Source: Eledone cirrhosa
Lineage: Eukaryota
Direction: 5' to 3'
Length of the DNA: 64,000 nt
NCBI GenBank assembly: GCA_964016885.1
Contig: OZ024743.1
Location: forward strand, 267,716,001-267,780,000
Shown here one piece after another: positions 13,428 to 26,811 of the stretch (its first letter is position 1; each line of letters starts with the position of its first letter). The translations under genes were made by a program, and so were the position numbers. A model generated the notes under the pieces. The model saw nothing but the letters and a program-made list of their open reading frames with translations, made no database searches and had not been told where the DNA came from.

Positions 13428-13510
13428 TACCCTTACCGCGCGGTTTCAAGTCTCAAAATAAATGGATAATCCATGCGGAAATCGATTGAAAAGACTTTCG
13501 TCAGAGGATA
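13428..13510 (-). ncRNA. Type-I hammerhead ribozyme with long loop 2 (family E)
   Basis: UAUCCU-CUGACGA-AAGUC(40 nt)GACUU-GAAA-CCGCGCGG-UA-AGGGUA. Confidence 0.85.
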
Positions 13511-13993
13511 TATATATATATGTAAATATATATACAGTAGTATGAATTTGGTATAAATATCCAAAGGTAAGAACGCATAATTATACAGGGTTAAGAGAAT
13601 GCGCGCGTGTGTGTGTATGTGCCAGTGTGTAAGTGTAGATGTGAGTGTGTGTTTGAGCAGGCACCCTAATGTGTCCATGTGTTTGCAGTACACGCGTGGC
13701 AAATATAAGAATAGAAAATCGAGTATTAGTTAAAAGGCTGGATAGATAGTTCTCGTTTTCTTATATAATCAGAAGGTTGAAACATAAGCAAAGATTTTTA
13801 ATATTTTCGAAAATGAATTTACTTAAAATATTTAACGCAAGTGTGTATAGACATTTCTAATAGTTACACGCCATTACACAAAAAAGAACACATGGAAATA
13901 GTTGTATATTCGTATGTGCACGCGCTCATGAGTGTGCGTTATGCCCGAGAGTTATCCATATATATATATATTTCTATATATCAACACTCACAT

Positions 13994-14571
<578 letters not shown>

Positions 14572-14788
14572 CATATATGTATATATATATATATATATGA
14601 AAGAATCACTTCTGTATACAAATTTAAAGATGTAAGATATATCAAGGTTTATAATTTATTTTGAAACATGAAATGTATTTAAGCCAAGTATCATTAGCAA
14701 CTTCATGGGTTTTATATTCTCCATTCTATGATGGTAAACATGTTTTATCGCAGCTGCAACTTCGGTTTTTCCTCACTATCATTATATA

Positions 14789-14915
<127 letters not shown>

Positions 14916-15396
14916 GTGTGTGTGCGTGTGTATTTGAGAGAGGTTTGTTGAAGTAGCGGGTTTAGTATGACACTGTCACATGTTCGTTGTACAATGTTAT
15001 TTTAAATATTTAATATTTTCCGTTCTAGATCATTATGCTTCTCAAATTACATATCGGTATTTATAGGTGTTTGGGTTATGATGGAGAGCGGGAGATTATT
15101 TTTCAGCTGTTAATCTTTCACCACAAATTATTTGCAAACCATTGATATATGGCGACATTATAATCTGAATTCCTATCAAAGTGAATTCATTAACGACAAA
15201 CACACGCGTACGCATTGTATTTTTTATTTTATTATTTCCTATACAAACATACATACATACATACATACATACATACATACATACATACATACATACATAC
15301 ATACATACATACATACATACATGCATGCATACATATGTGAATGAAGGAGTCCAAGATTTAACATGTATTTTACATTTACTACTACATGAAATGTAA

Positions 15397-16060
15397 AGGC
15401 GTAATGATTTAGTGGTTATAGTGCTCAGCTTATTATCGGCAAGCTTTATCCTTGAGCAAGACAATTGAATTCCTCTTGTTCCAGTCCTTTTCAACTGGCC
15501 AAAAATGATTCATCATGTAATACAAAGAGCGGATCCTTGTGAAGTATTGTTGCACACTAAATATACATTAGATCTACGTTAAGAATGTACTCTCATGTCC
15601 CAAATAATAGGGTGGGTGTATAAAAGCGGAAGGGGGTTGAACATTTGCTAAAATTCTTATACGCAGAGGGTTTGGAATAAACGAGGGTTGGGGATTTGGC
15701 CATTGCATAGTGTATGTTCGTAAATATGGGCTTTCTTGTAATGTTCTTTTTTTGTCATATATAATGGTTTATAAATGTAAAATAAAATTATCATTAGATT
15801 CTCCAGCTTCTGTATCAATATGAATCACTTACAATGCAATTTATCCGGAGATAGATTAGCAAAACATAAAAAATAATAAGCGGCGGATAAGAAAAATTAA
15901 TAAGCGGGGTGGTATGATTATGCAAGACCTGATAGTATATGTTATGCAAGACCTGATAGTATATGTTTGTGGAAGGCTCAACAACCGGCGTGTTAATTAC
16001 AGGAGCAAGCTGTTCCGTCGATGGAACAGTCAACACCAGATCCGAAGTAGGTGTAACGTA
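15397..16060 (+). mobile_element. Degenerate remnants of a second SINE family
   Basis: tRNA-like head, a CCTTGAGCAAGAC box and CTACGTTAAG / GCTGTTCCGTCGAT segments. Similar segments occur at ~1060-1165 and ~58320-58450. Confidence 0.4.
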
Positions 16061-16139
16061 TGCTATCTCCATGTTGGTGCAAATGTGACGGATACTTAAC
16101 CCGAATCTTCTTGGAAGTTGATCCTTTGATAATCAAGAA

Positions 16140-16325
16140 ATAATTGTCTCTACTTTTGGCACAGAGACAGCAATTATACCAGTGAATTGCTGGTGCTTTA
16201 TTTTATCGACCCCATAAAGATATAAAGGCCAAGTTAACCTCGGCGGGATTAGAACTCAGATCATAAAAGGCCATAACTCCATGCTGCAAATCATAGCGTC
16301 CAACCCTCTACCGATACTGCCAATT
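16140..16325 (-). mobile_element. tRNA-derived SINE (major family)
   Basis: Reverse complement of the consensus TTGGCAGTATCGGTAGAG..GAGTTCAAATCCCGCCGAGG..GGGGTCGATAAAATAAAGTACCAG..AGTAGAAACAATTA. Confidence 0.85.
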
Positions 16326-16937
16326 CAAAGAAATACTATCTGCTACTTGCGCAATGGGAATTAGAATTATCTAGAGAATTAGAATTTATTTTTATTTGAA
16401 ATGATACATTGTTAGCTCAGAATATTCTATAAATTGAATATGTCCACCGCTATCACATTGCTTGTTTCCAAATTACATCAATGTATCCATGTGACAATTG
16501 AATATTTATATTTCATATTTTACAAATCCGCAAAATTTCTCAGGAAGTGATTAAAAAGAAGCCTACCGACAATTTCATATCTCCAGCTGGATGAGATGAA
16601 GTAATTAAATGTAATTAGTCAACTTTAAGTGTGTGGTACTTGTCAAGCAAAGCCCCATTATATATTCAACTTAATTATTATTCTAATAACTAATTTTTGC
16701 AATTTGCATTATAATTAAGACGATGGAAATAAAAATAATTAAGATATGCATACATATAAATATTTGCATTCATATATATATGCATATATACATATGTATG
16801 TATGTTTATATATTTATATATATGTATGTATGTTTATATATATGTATGTTTATATATATAAATATATTTATGTATATGCATATACACACACACACAAACA
16901 CAGACACACACACATATATATATATATATAATGTATA

Positions 16938-16977
<40 letters not shown>

Positions 16978-17802
16978 CATATATATACATATATGCATAT
17001 ATATATGTATATTATACATATATATATATATACATATATGCATATATATATGTATATGTATATATATAAATATATATATACATACTCATACAAACATACA
17101 TACATACATACATACATACATACATACATACATACATACATACATACATACATACATACATACATACATACATACATACATACGTATATATATATATATA
17201 ATATATATATATAATATGCAATTAACCAAAAGCAATCAGCAAAACGACACATACCGACAATGATAATATAAAAAAGAATAAATAAACGAACGGTAGGACA
17301 ACCTGTTACTTTGAGCAACATAGCATCTGAGAGGCAGAATTACATCAAAGAGAGCTAATTCATCCAATTATATGATTGCATATATGATGACGTATATGTG
17401 TGTATGACGATTTGCTTTTATATTCATACTCATATTAACCAAGTTACACATACATACATATATACATATATGCATGCATACATAAATGCACAGATACACA
17501 CACCCACATAATACATATACATACGTACATACATACATGCATACAGAGAAACGGACAAAAAGACAGACCGATAGATAGTTAGATAGATATTTTGAGGTAC
17601 TGATAGATAGAGATAGATAACTTTCTTTTTATTTGCCACCAGGGCATCAAAGAGTGGAACAAGTACAATGGAGGGAGTTTACATAAAAAGGCGTCCTCAA
17701 TAAGGAGGAGGCAATAACAAGATATAAAAATAATATATAAAATATAACAAAAATAAACTTAATAGATACATAGATAAATAGATAGATAGATAGATAGATA
17801 GC

Positions 17803-17869
<67 letters not shown>

Positions 17870-18547
17870 ATAGACAGTGAGTGTAGTGAGAAAAATGGCG
17901 ATCGAAAAGGTGTGTGAGATACATTAAGCTTGGCTAAGAATCGATTTGTTCAAATGTGTGGGTTTATCTTTTCGTGTGGATGTGTGTGTATGTGTCTTTT
18001 TGAGTGTTTCTGTGATTTTGTGTGCGTATAAATATGTATTAAGACTTGAAATATGAATAAACGTATGAAAAAAACTATTAAAAATACACACACCCACGCA
18101 TACACCGACACAAACACACACACACACACACCCACACATATATATATATATATATACATTTACAAGCTCATACATAAAGGCAAGACGTTACACACACATA
18201 CAGACATATACCGACAAAACACATATTGTTGCTCGCATCATGAAATCATAAAATATAATTTCTGGTAATAATCGTTAAAACGTAATTAGACTTAAGTGTA
18301 TGAGATAAGATGAAATTTTATGTGTCGCTTGAGCAAATGCTTTTGAATTGGTTTCAGTTTTAATGGTGCTCTTTTAATAAATGTCTGAAGAAAATAGTTT
18401 ATATACGCAGGAGTTGAAGTGTGTAAGCATCGTATTATCTATATAGTCTACAATTCATTCTAATTGTCTCTATAGATAAATTATACATCAATTTAAATAT
18501 AGACACGTTGTTAACACATATATACACACGTCCTAATTCTCCCCATG

Positions 18548-18604
<57 letters not shown>

Positions 18605-19012
18605 ATGTGTGTTTGTGTGTGTGTACTTGTTTATACATATATACGAACATTCGCACATACACACATGCCCAGTGATGCTTTATGCACCCAAGCCTGGACG
18701 AATCCTGGAGATTCATTAATTTTAGTTCGAAGACATTTGAAATACTTGGAGAAAACAGAATAAGTAAAGATTTTCGACGCTACCAATGTAGAAACTGTTT
18801 AAATATATTTCAGCCATATCATATTTATATGTACGCATCCCTCATTAAATCAACTACACTGTGTGTTATGGAAGGCTCTCAGCTTATGTGGCTCACATCT
18901 ATCCAAACGTGGCTTCATTAATCATCAATGATTTCATAAGGTCAGACAAATATTTGACTAGAGTCAATTCACGAAAATAAATTCATACAAATCATATGAG
19001 GATGTTTGTAAA

Positions 19013-19907
19013 TCAATTATCTATAGCATAAGATGTACAGAGGGTACTTGCAGAAACATGACAACAACATACAGCTCGTAGCATAAGTGAAAGGATAGAC
19101 CAACACTGGGGGGAACTAAAAGGACGAAAAAACGGGTCAGTACTATACGAACATGCTAGACAACAACATGACGGTAACATAGACAACATAGAAATTAGAA
19201 TAATATCTAAACATAGGAATGACCCAGCAGATAGGCAAATCAGAGAGGCCAGTGAAATAGAAATTAGAAGACCAAAGCTAAACAGAAAGAATGAGTGGAA
19301 CAACAACACCCAAACAAACAACACTGACATAAGAGAAGTATAAATAAGTAAATAAAATAAAATAAAATAAGATAAATAAATACATACACAAGCACAATAA
19401 CAACAAGCACATAAACACACACTAGTCACCCAGCAGACACAACACTATACACACTAGTCACACAGCAAACATAACACTATACACACACGCAAACGCATGC
19501 GCAAAGAAGACAAAATAAAATAAACAAACAAGCAAATAAATAAATAAATATATAGACAGACTGAATAAAAAATGGCGTAGACATACAACACAACAGGAGG
19601 AAAAAATATAACACCACTGACGATGTTGCAGATGTGCAACGAAAGATTTATGTAAATTATGTAAACTATATATATGTGTTTGTGTCTATATTGTATCTGT
19701 ATTATTTTTGACCGTCGGTCAGTCAATGGCAACATTGAGGATCGAGTAAGTTAGATCGCAGATATAAAAGACAGCGAGAAGCGAAAACCAACCAAACAGT
19801 GAGTGTGTTCTGTTATTAATTCTGGCAATATTAAACAAATATGACCCTCCCCAAGTATAACAATATTTGTTTCGACACACGATTTCATATAAAAAACCTC
19901 GCTAAAC
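19013..19907 (+). mobile_element. PLE 3' fragment related to family A (GIY-YIG remnant + pseudo-LTR with HHR at 19611-19655)
   Basis: IIYSIRCTEGTC../TARSISERIDQHW..SVLYEHA..RQIREA..PKLNRKNEW aligns with the ORF at 2044-3186. HHR CUGACGA-U-GUUGCA(gaug)UGCAAC-GAAA-GAUU-UA. Confidence 0.85.
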
Positions 19908-20145
19908 TATATATATATATATATATATAGTTTAGCGAGGTTTTTTATATGAAATCGTGTGTCGAAACAAATATTGTTATACTTGGGGAGGGTCATATTT
20001 GTTTAATATTGCCAGAATTAATAACAGAACACACTCACTGTTTCGAAAGTGGTTTTTCATTACATCTCTTCTTTCCATGATATCCGGAATACATTGAGTT
20101 CTTCATACGGATTGGACACTACCGTAAACTCTTGGTAGATTTATC

Positions 20146-20188
<43 letters not shown>

Positions 20189-20226
20189 TGGAGCGCACGC
20201 AGACACTTTTATCTATCTATCTGCCT

Positions 20227-20384
<158 letters not shown>

Positions 20385-20929
20385 AAATGAAAAAGAAAGA
20401 ACCGAAATTGGAACAGGTAACTATATCAACTTTTTTGTTCTCTGGAAATGTCTTATGGCTATCTTGTTATACCTCAGTACACCAAAGTTTGAAATAATTG
20501 TTTCTACTTTAGGCACAATGCCAGCAAATACCCAGTGCATTACTGGTACCAAAGTTTGAAATAATAATAAATAATAAAGTTCTTTCTTTTCCTTTATAAA
20601 GTTTCTTTAGTAGATTGGTTGTGTTCGAGTTTGTTTGTGGCCTTGATCTCAAGATCTCAAAACTACTCTAATCCTACCCTTGATAAGCAGTATTCAATAT
20701 GAGAATGTTCGTACCAGTGACATTGTGTTTCTACGTGGGTTGTTTGCAGAACACCCGATGGACTCTTTATGTTATAAGATCATGCCGGGTGTTATAATGT
20801 ACTTTTGTTATTTGATGCCACACATTTAAAGCATTCTCTGCAGAGTGTGTTGAAATTTGTCCGTCGATGTTAGCTTTCACCCAATTGGTCCAGGGTCATT
20901 TTAACCCAACATGAACTAAGCCAACGCCT

Positions 20930-21005
20930 AGAAGAAGAAGAAGAAGAAGAAGAAGAAGAAGAAGAAGAAGAAGAAGAAGAAGAAGAAGAAGAAGAAGAAG
21001 AAGAA
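20930..21005. repeat. (GAA)n microsatellite abutting the LINE 3' end
   Basis: About 25 perfect GAA units. Confidence 0.95.
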
Positions 21006-21238
21006 TGTTTTCTTTATTAACTACAAGGGTTTACATAAAGTAGACATTAAGGACAGTACAGGACAATACAAGACAGTACAAATGGGCATTTCTGCGTGTA
21101 AAAAAAACAGAGGATGTAATAAAATAACAAAGAAAATTTCCCCAATAGGGGGGAGACTTCCGAGGGACATTTGTGGAGAAAGCCCATTAAAAGACCATAG
21201 TGACCCTGACCGCCCTCTCCCAGTTTTCCACCTTTAAT

Positions 21239-24200
21239 TTACAGACACATACTCAGAGAAGGCCCATTCATTCGGGCCATACTTGCTTCTCTCACCCATT
21301 TTTCAACAAAATGCTGGGAAGAGAGCACTTCCCTCTCTACCCTGATTTTCCTTTTCAAATGAAATTTGAAAAAGTTAATCAGGGCATCACCGAAGAGGTA
21401 AGTGCTCGTCTTCAGCCCTTTCAAACGTGTCCACCATATTATCTCTTTCGCCATGGCCGCCAGACAGATAAAAACTGCCTGCCCTTCCCGGCTAAAGGAA
21501 GAGGGCGGGGCAATCCCCACGATGGACTCAGCTGATAGCTGGATCCGTCCTACACGTGACAGCAGTTGTTCGACATAAACCCACAAGTCAGCAATGCTCG
21601 GACACTGGACGAGTGCGTGCAGGACGGTTTCGTCACCCTGTGCGCATCTCGGACATGCCTAGCTGACGGAACCTCCATGCCTGTAGAGTTTATCCCGAAC
21701 TGGCAAAGCTCCCCGGTAGCACTGCCAGGCCAGGGATTTCTGGAAGTTGTCCATAGGCCCCGGCCCGAAAGTCCTTCCGAAGAGATTGGCTACTTGATTT
21801 TCGTCGACGCCTAGAGTTTCTCCAAGTACGTCGTCGCTCTTCCCCTCCACTAATCCTCTATAGAACGCCAAGGTGTAGTTTCCACCGATCACATTGCCCG
21901 ATTGGTCGAGGGCTGTGAGCCCCTGAAGACATTCCAGTCTCCAAGCGCTCCCGCTAGGTCTTCGCTTGACACAGGACTGCAGCTCCGTCAAGGAGACGAG
22001 CTGGGGAAAGACGTGTCTAGCAAACGGCGACCACACCTGATCACCGTCGAGGAAGAGGTGGAGATGTCGTAGCCTGAGCGCGTGTCTGCGCATCATCAGC
22101 CACGACAGCCCCAGCCCTCCACGTAGCGGGTGTTGACAGCAGATGGACAGCCTGACCATCGGAGCGCGTCCTTTCCACAAAAAGCGAAAGAGCAAACGCT
22201 CTAGCGCATTTAGGCGGGGCTTAGGACAAGGTACGACGGTCAGGCGGTAGTAGATGACGGACGCGATGTACGCGTTAGCCACCTCCGCTCGACCTTTCAG
22301 GAATAGCTTCCTCTCCACCTATTTCTGGGTGAGAGAAGCCACCCTGCTCGTCACCTCGTCCCAGTTTTTGTCCGTCTAGAGGTCTGGACCGAACCAGACC
22401 CCTAGCAATTTAACCGGTCCGTCCGTCCAGCGCCCGACAACGCTGTTGGACGGCATGGACCTGCCTCTCCAGGTGCCGAGCTGCAGGCCCACTGACTTTT
22501 CCTGGTTGATCATTGCTCCTGTCACCGCTTCGTATTCTCTTAGTGTAGTGCCGATCACCTCGATGTGTTTGGCGTTCGACACCACTACGGTGACATCGTC
22601 CGCATATGCTGACACGGATCTTCCGCATCCTAGTTCGCGCAAGACCCCCCTTAACGTCTCCAGTTTGTGCAGTAATGGCTCGATAGTCAATACGTACAAT
22701 AGGGACGAGAGGGGACATCCTTGGCGGACCGAGTGCATGATGTTAAACGGTTCCGAAAGGTGACCGTTCACTCTCACTACATAGCAGATGTCGCTGTGCA
22801 TGGCAGCGCTCCAGCCTCTGCAGACGGGCCCAAAGCCAGCAGCCCTCAGGACTGTCGCTAGGTAACGATGGTCGACCCTATCGAAGGGTTTCGACTGATC
22901 TAAATTGATCAAAGTCCCACCCGTGCCAGGTTCCCTAGCTAACCTCTCTACGATGTATCGCATGAGGTGGAGGTTGTCGGGAATGGCGCATGTCTGCGCC
23001 TCTCCCACCAGACCACCAACGACAAGCGCCAACCTCTTTGCTAGCACCTTGGCCAAAATCTTGAACTCTGTGTTTCGCAGAGTTATGGGCCTAAAATTAT
23101 CTATGTTATCCCCCTTGTTCGGATCCTTTCTCAGCAGCACCACAGCTCCTCGGCTCACAGAGCAGGGAATTCTCCCGTTCTGTTGCCAGTTGCAGTAGAC
23201 GTCCGCCAAGAGGCTTCCGAACAAGTCTGGCATTTGTACGTAAAGTTCATAGGGCAGACCATCCAAACCAGGCGATTTACCCCTTGTGCAGCCAGTCATT
23301 GCCTCCCGTACTTCAGCAGCTGTTATCGGCTTTTCGCAACACTCCGCCTCAGTGGCCGAGAGCGGCGGCAGTCCGTCGAGGTAGACACTAAAGTCCATTC
23401 CTCGATCCGGCCCTCCACTGCCCCCGAACAGTTGAGCGAAGTGTCGCTGAAAAGCTTCCCACATTTGCCCGGGATCGAGTAGCATGCGCCCGTCGTGGTC
23501 CACCAAAGACCGGATCGTGGCTTTGTTGCCACGACGCGCCTCCGCCAGTCGGGCCCATTGAACGGCGTCGTCCCCTCGTGTCTGAGAGCACGCACCCTAG
23601 CTCTGACAACGCAGCCTTCGTGCTTTGCATTGAAGAATTGGTCAAGGGCCAATTTCGCCGCAAGTACGTCGGTCGCGATGCCTTTGCGAAGCGCCTCGTC
23701 TAATTTTCTAACTAATTCTCCCTCTGCTCTATTTTTCTCTATTGCTAAAGCCTTACTAAACCTAATGGACTCTATTCTAATTACTCTTTTCAGAGCAAAC
23801 CACCACTTGTTGTTGACGATGGCCCCCGTCAACGCCCGCTTAACTAGTTCGCTAATCCGGTCTCTGTAGGCCTTGCGCGTTGGTAAGGACGCGTTTAGCT
23901 TCCAGTAGCCGGGTCCTCATCTATGAAGCCTATCTAAGTCAAGCACACAGATCACGAATTTGTGGTCCGTGTAGCTGATTATCTTGAATTGTGGACAGCC
24001 TATGCTAGACCTATCTATATCCCTACAAAATACTCTATCTAGATATGATCTGGATGACCCTATGCGATTTGTCCAAGTCCACATTGGTACATTCGGGAAA
24101 TCCATTCGGTACCTGTCAGACAGTTCAAAACGCCTGAGCAGGTTGGTGAGACTCTTGCACCCTCCTTCCCTATCCACTAATCCCACACAATCCCAGCGTG

Positions 24201-24601
24201 CACCTAAGATCCCGTTCCAGTCGCCCACTAACACTAAAGAGCGAGACGTTCCAAGAAAGGTCTCCAGACGCCGGAAGAAATCAGGTGGCCCTGTTCCTGT
24301 CGGGGCATAAACGGCCACTAAGCTGAAACCTTGCCCGTCTCCGCTGGTCACATCCAGCACCACTACTTACCTTCTGGGTCCAGGAAGATGGCCCGTATGG
24401 CAAGATCCAAACCTCTCCGAAAAAGCAGAGCAACTCCTCCCCCGATCCCGGACGGCTGGGAGATGCGTACACATCGTAGCCGCCGAAGATCGGTGCGAAG
24501 GCCCGTGCTTCGGAGATTCTGGTCTCGCTGATGGCCTCTACATCTATGTTTAGTGACCCCAAGCCACGCGCATTTATGCTGCCTATTCTGAGTGAGGTCA
24601 T
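21239..24601 (-). pseudogene. Tx1-type ORF2 (APE endonuclease, RT, C-terminal zinc finger) broken by frameshifts and stops
   Basis: GSINARGL, ISETR, VGDWN, SYLDRVF, YTDHK; KSPGLDGLP, NFRPITL, DQSKPFDRVDH, VRQGCPLS, YADD, LLGVWF; CPRC..ETVLHALVQC. Confidence 0.93.
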
Positions 24602-24635
24602 GTTGAAAAGGAGTGGAAAAGATGGGAACGACCAC

Positions 24636-26577
24636 TTACCTTACTTCTCGTAGAGGAAGGACGGTTTTTCCATCCTTTTCACTGCTTGTGGCCTCCTCAG
24701 GAAGGACGTCCTTATAAATCCCCCTGGAGAGTGCTTGTCGGAAGTCTCCGATGTCTTTCGGGAATTTTTGTTTTAGTGTCATGTACGTTTTCTGTGTGAT
24801 GCGAGTGATTTGTATGTGTGGAGGTGGTGTGAATTTTTGGGTTGTTGTGTAGTCTTTTTCTGTGATCCTGGTGTTGTGTTGGATGTAGTGTAATAATTGC
24901 TTGTTGTTCAAATTTAATCCTGTGCAGTGTGTATCGTTTTGGTTGTTTTGTTTTATTTGCGTTTGTTGTGGGTTTGTTTCTGTTTCGCATTTTGGTGACT
25001 TTTGTGGTGTAGGTGATGGTGGTGTTTGGGTTAATGATGGTGATGGTGTTGGTGTTTGGGTTGATGGGGTTGGTGATGCTGGTGTGGATGGTGGCATATC
25101 TGTCCTAACGTTTTTGTTTGTTAATTTATTTGTTTCCCTCTGTATTTTGTTTTTGGAGGGGGAAGGAAGAGAATTTTTTTTTTCCCACTCCTCGTCGTCA
25201 CAATCTGTCTCCAATTGTGATAGGCCGGGGAGTGGAAAATCCTCCACCGGCGTTAGTTTTAGTTGTGGCGTGGTGGATGGTGTAGGCGCTGGTGCTAGTT
25301 CTGAAGCGTTGGGTGGTGGTGGTGTTGGTTTTGCTGGTGGTGGTGGTGTTGGTTTTGCTACTGTTGCTGGGGTTGTTGCTGTTATAGTTGCTTCTGTTGT
25401 TGCTGCTACAGTTGTTGCTGCCATCTCTGCTACTGGTGGTGTTGATGGTTGAGTCACTGGGGTGGGTAGGAGAGGTGGCCTCAACCTTTTAGTCTGAGGG
25501 CAGAAAGCCCTTAGGTGGGTTCCTTCACCACAAACGACACACCTAGGCCTTCTGCCCTCGACAATTACGGTGAGGTGGCTGCCGTCAGTGAGGTCTATTA
25601 CCTCTGGGATCTCCTCAATGCTTTTTTGGTCCGCTTGGATCAGGAGCTCCATCCCAGATTCCGACCAGTTCTCCTGCTTTTCTTTTGCTATTGCTGTTAT
25701 CTTTGTGTTGGCTTCGATGCCGGCGAGGACGGCTGCTATTAGCCAGGTAATTTCGATGGCCGGTGGAACGTGGGTCACCCTGATCTTTACGAGTCTCTGG
25801 CCACAATAGCTTGGGACGAGTGTGAAGTCGTCACTTCTTAATGGGGCCATGGAGTGTTCTCTAGCCTCCTCTGGTGTTTCAAAGAACTCGTCCACGGTTC
25901 CATACCTTTGCCCACGTCTGATGTGGGTTTTTCTTGCCCACACATGTCCCAAAGCTTTTTGGATTTGGGACTTGGATGCCCGTTCCACTCGGCGCGATTT
26001 TACATTTATTGTTCGATACGATACGGTGCATAGGCGCCTATGCCCCATTTTATTAGGTGCGGCTGACCCTGTACCCATCTTTCTTTACCATTTGTTTGGC
26101 ATTTTCTAATTCCTCCTGAGTTACCGTATAAGCTTCGAGCTGTTTTGCTACTCTGGCAAACTCAGGGTGTTTTTTTAATGTCATTGTTGTTGTTGTTGCT
26201 ATCGTTATTTTTGTTATTATTAATTTTAGTTTCAGTTGTGGTGGTGGTGACGTCAGTGAAGTTCGGTTTGGGAGAGTCCATTTTGGTTGAAAATATTTCG
26301 ACATCACGAGTTGATTTATTTTTTCCTTTTGTTTCTGTTGTCGCGGTGGTGGTGGGGTGGTGGCTGTCGCGGTGGTGGTGGGGGTGGCGGCTTTAACACC
26401 TGCAGTCATTGGTAATGGCGGGAAATGAATGTCTGCCTGAGACAAATTTAAAATATTGCTAGTGCTTAAATTGTGTGTGTTGGCAGACGTAGTATCATTT
26501 ACAATGGTGGTGTCGGTGTGAGGTGTTAATTTGTGAGAAAAGCTTTCAGCTGCTTGGTGCAGTGGTGAATTAGTCAA
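24636..26577 (-). pseudogene. Tx1-type ORF1 (gag-like, CCHC zinc knuckle, Pro/Thr-rich tail), split at ~26060
   Basis: CVVCGEGTHLRAFC in ORF 24636-26078. The upstream ORF 26053-26577 is probably the frameshifted N-terminus. Confidence 0.8.
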
Positions 26578-26811
26578 TTTTTTTTAAAAGAAATTTTTTG
26601 ATAATCATAAAAGGTTAAATTTTGGGCACAAGGCCCCAATTTTTTTGGGTGTCCTTTTCGGAAAACAATGTATGTGCGCTTATATATAGTTAACAATAAC
26701 AAATTTCCATGAATGGCAATTTTTAACAAACGGAAATAACAAACCTTTGCAGAGCTCACGATGATACGATTTACTACGTAGGTCGCCAATAATAATAATA
26801 ATAATAATAAT

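Larger units (their letters stand above)
12885..13510 (-). mobile_element. Non-coding element with two direct ~150-bp HHR-containing repeats (retrozyme-like, family E)
   Basis: 12885-13029 and 13358-13510 are direct repeats. The ~325-bp spacer has no credible ORF, and TA runs lie on both sides. Confidence 0.7.
21005..26787 (-). mobile_element. Near full-length Tx1/L1-group non-LTR retrotransposon, disrupted
   Basis: 5'UTR, ORF1 with CCHC knuckle, ORF2 with APE-RT-CCHC, and a 3'UTR ending AATAAAGAAAACA(TTC)n. Confidence 0.93.

Noticed and set aside
24361-24642. Two AG/GTAAGT splice-donor-like sites at LINE stop codons
   Set aside because: They are explained by the ORF1 stop and a nonsense mutation in the APE domain; no evidence of splicing.
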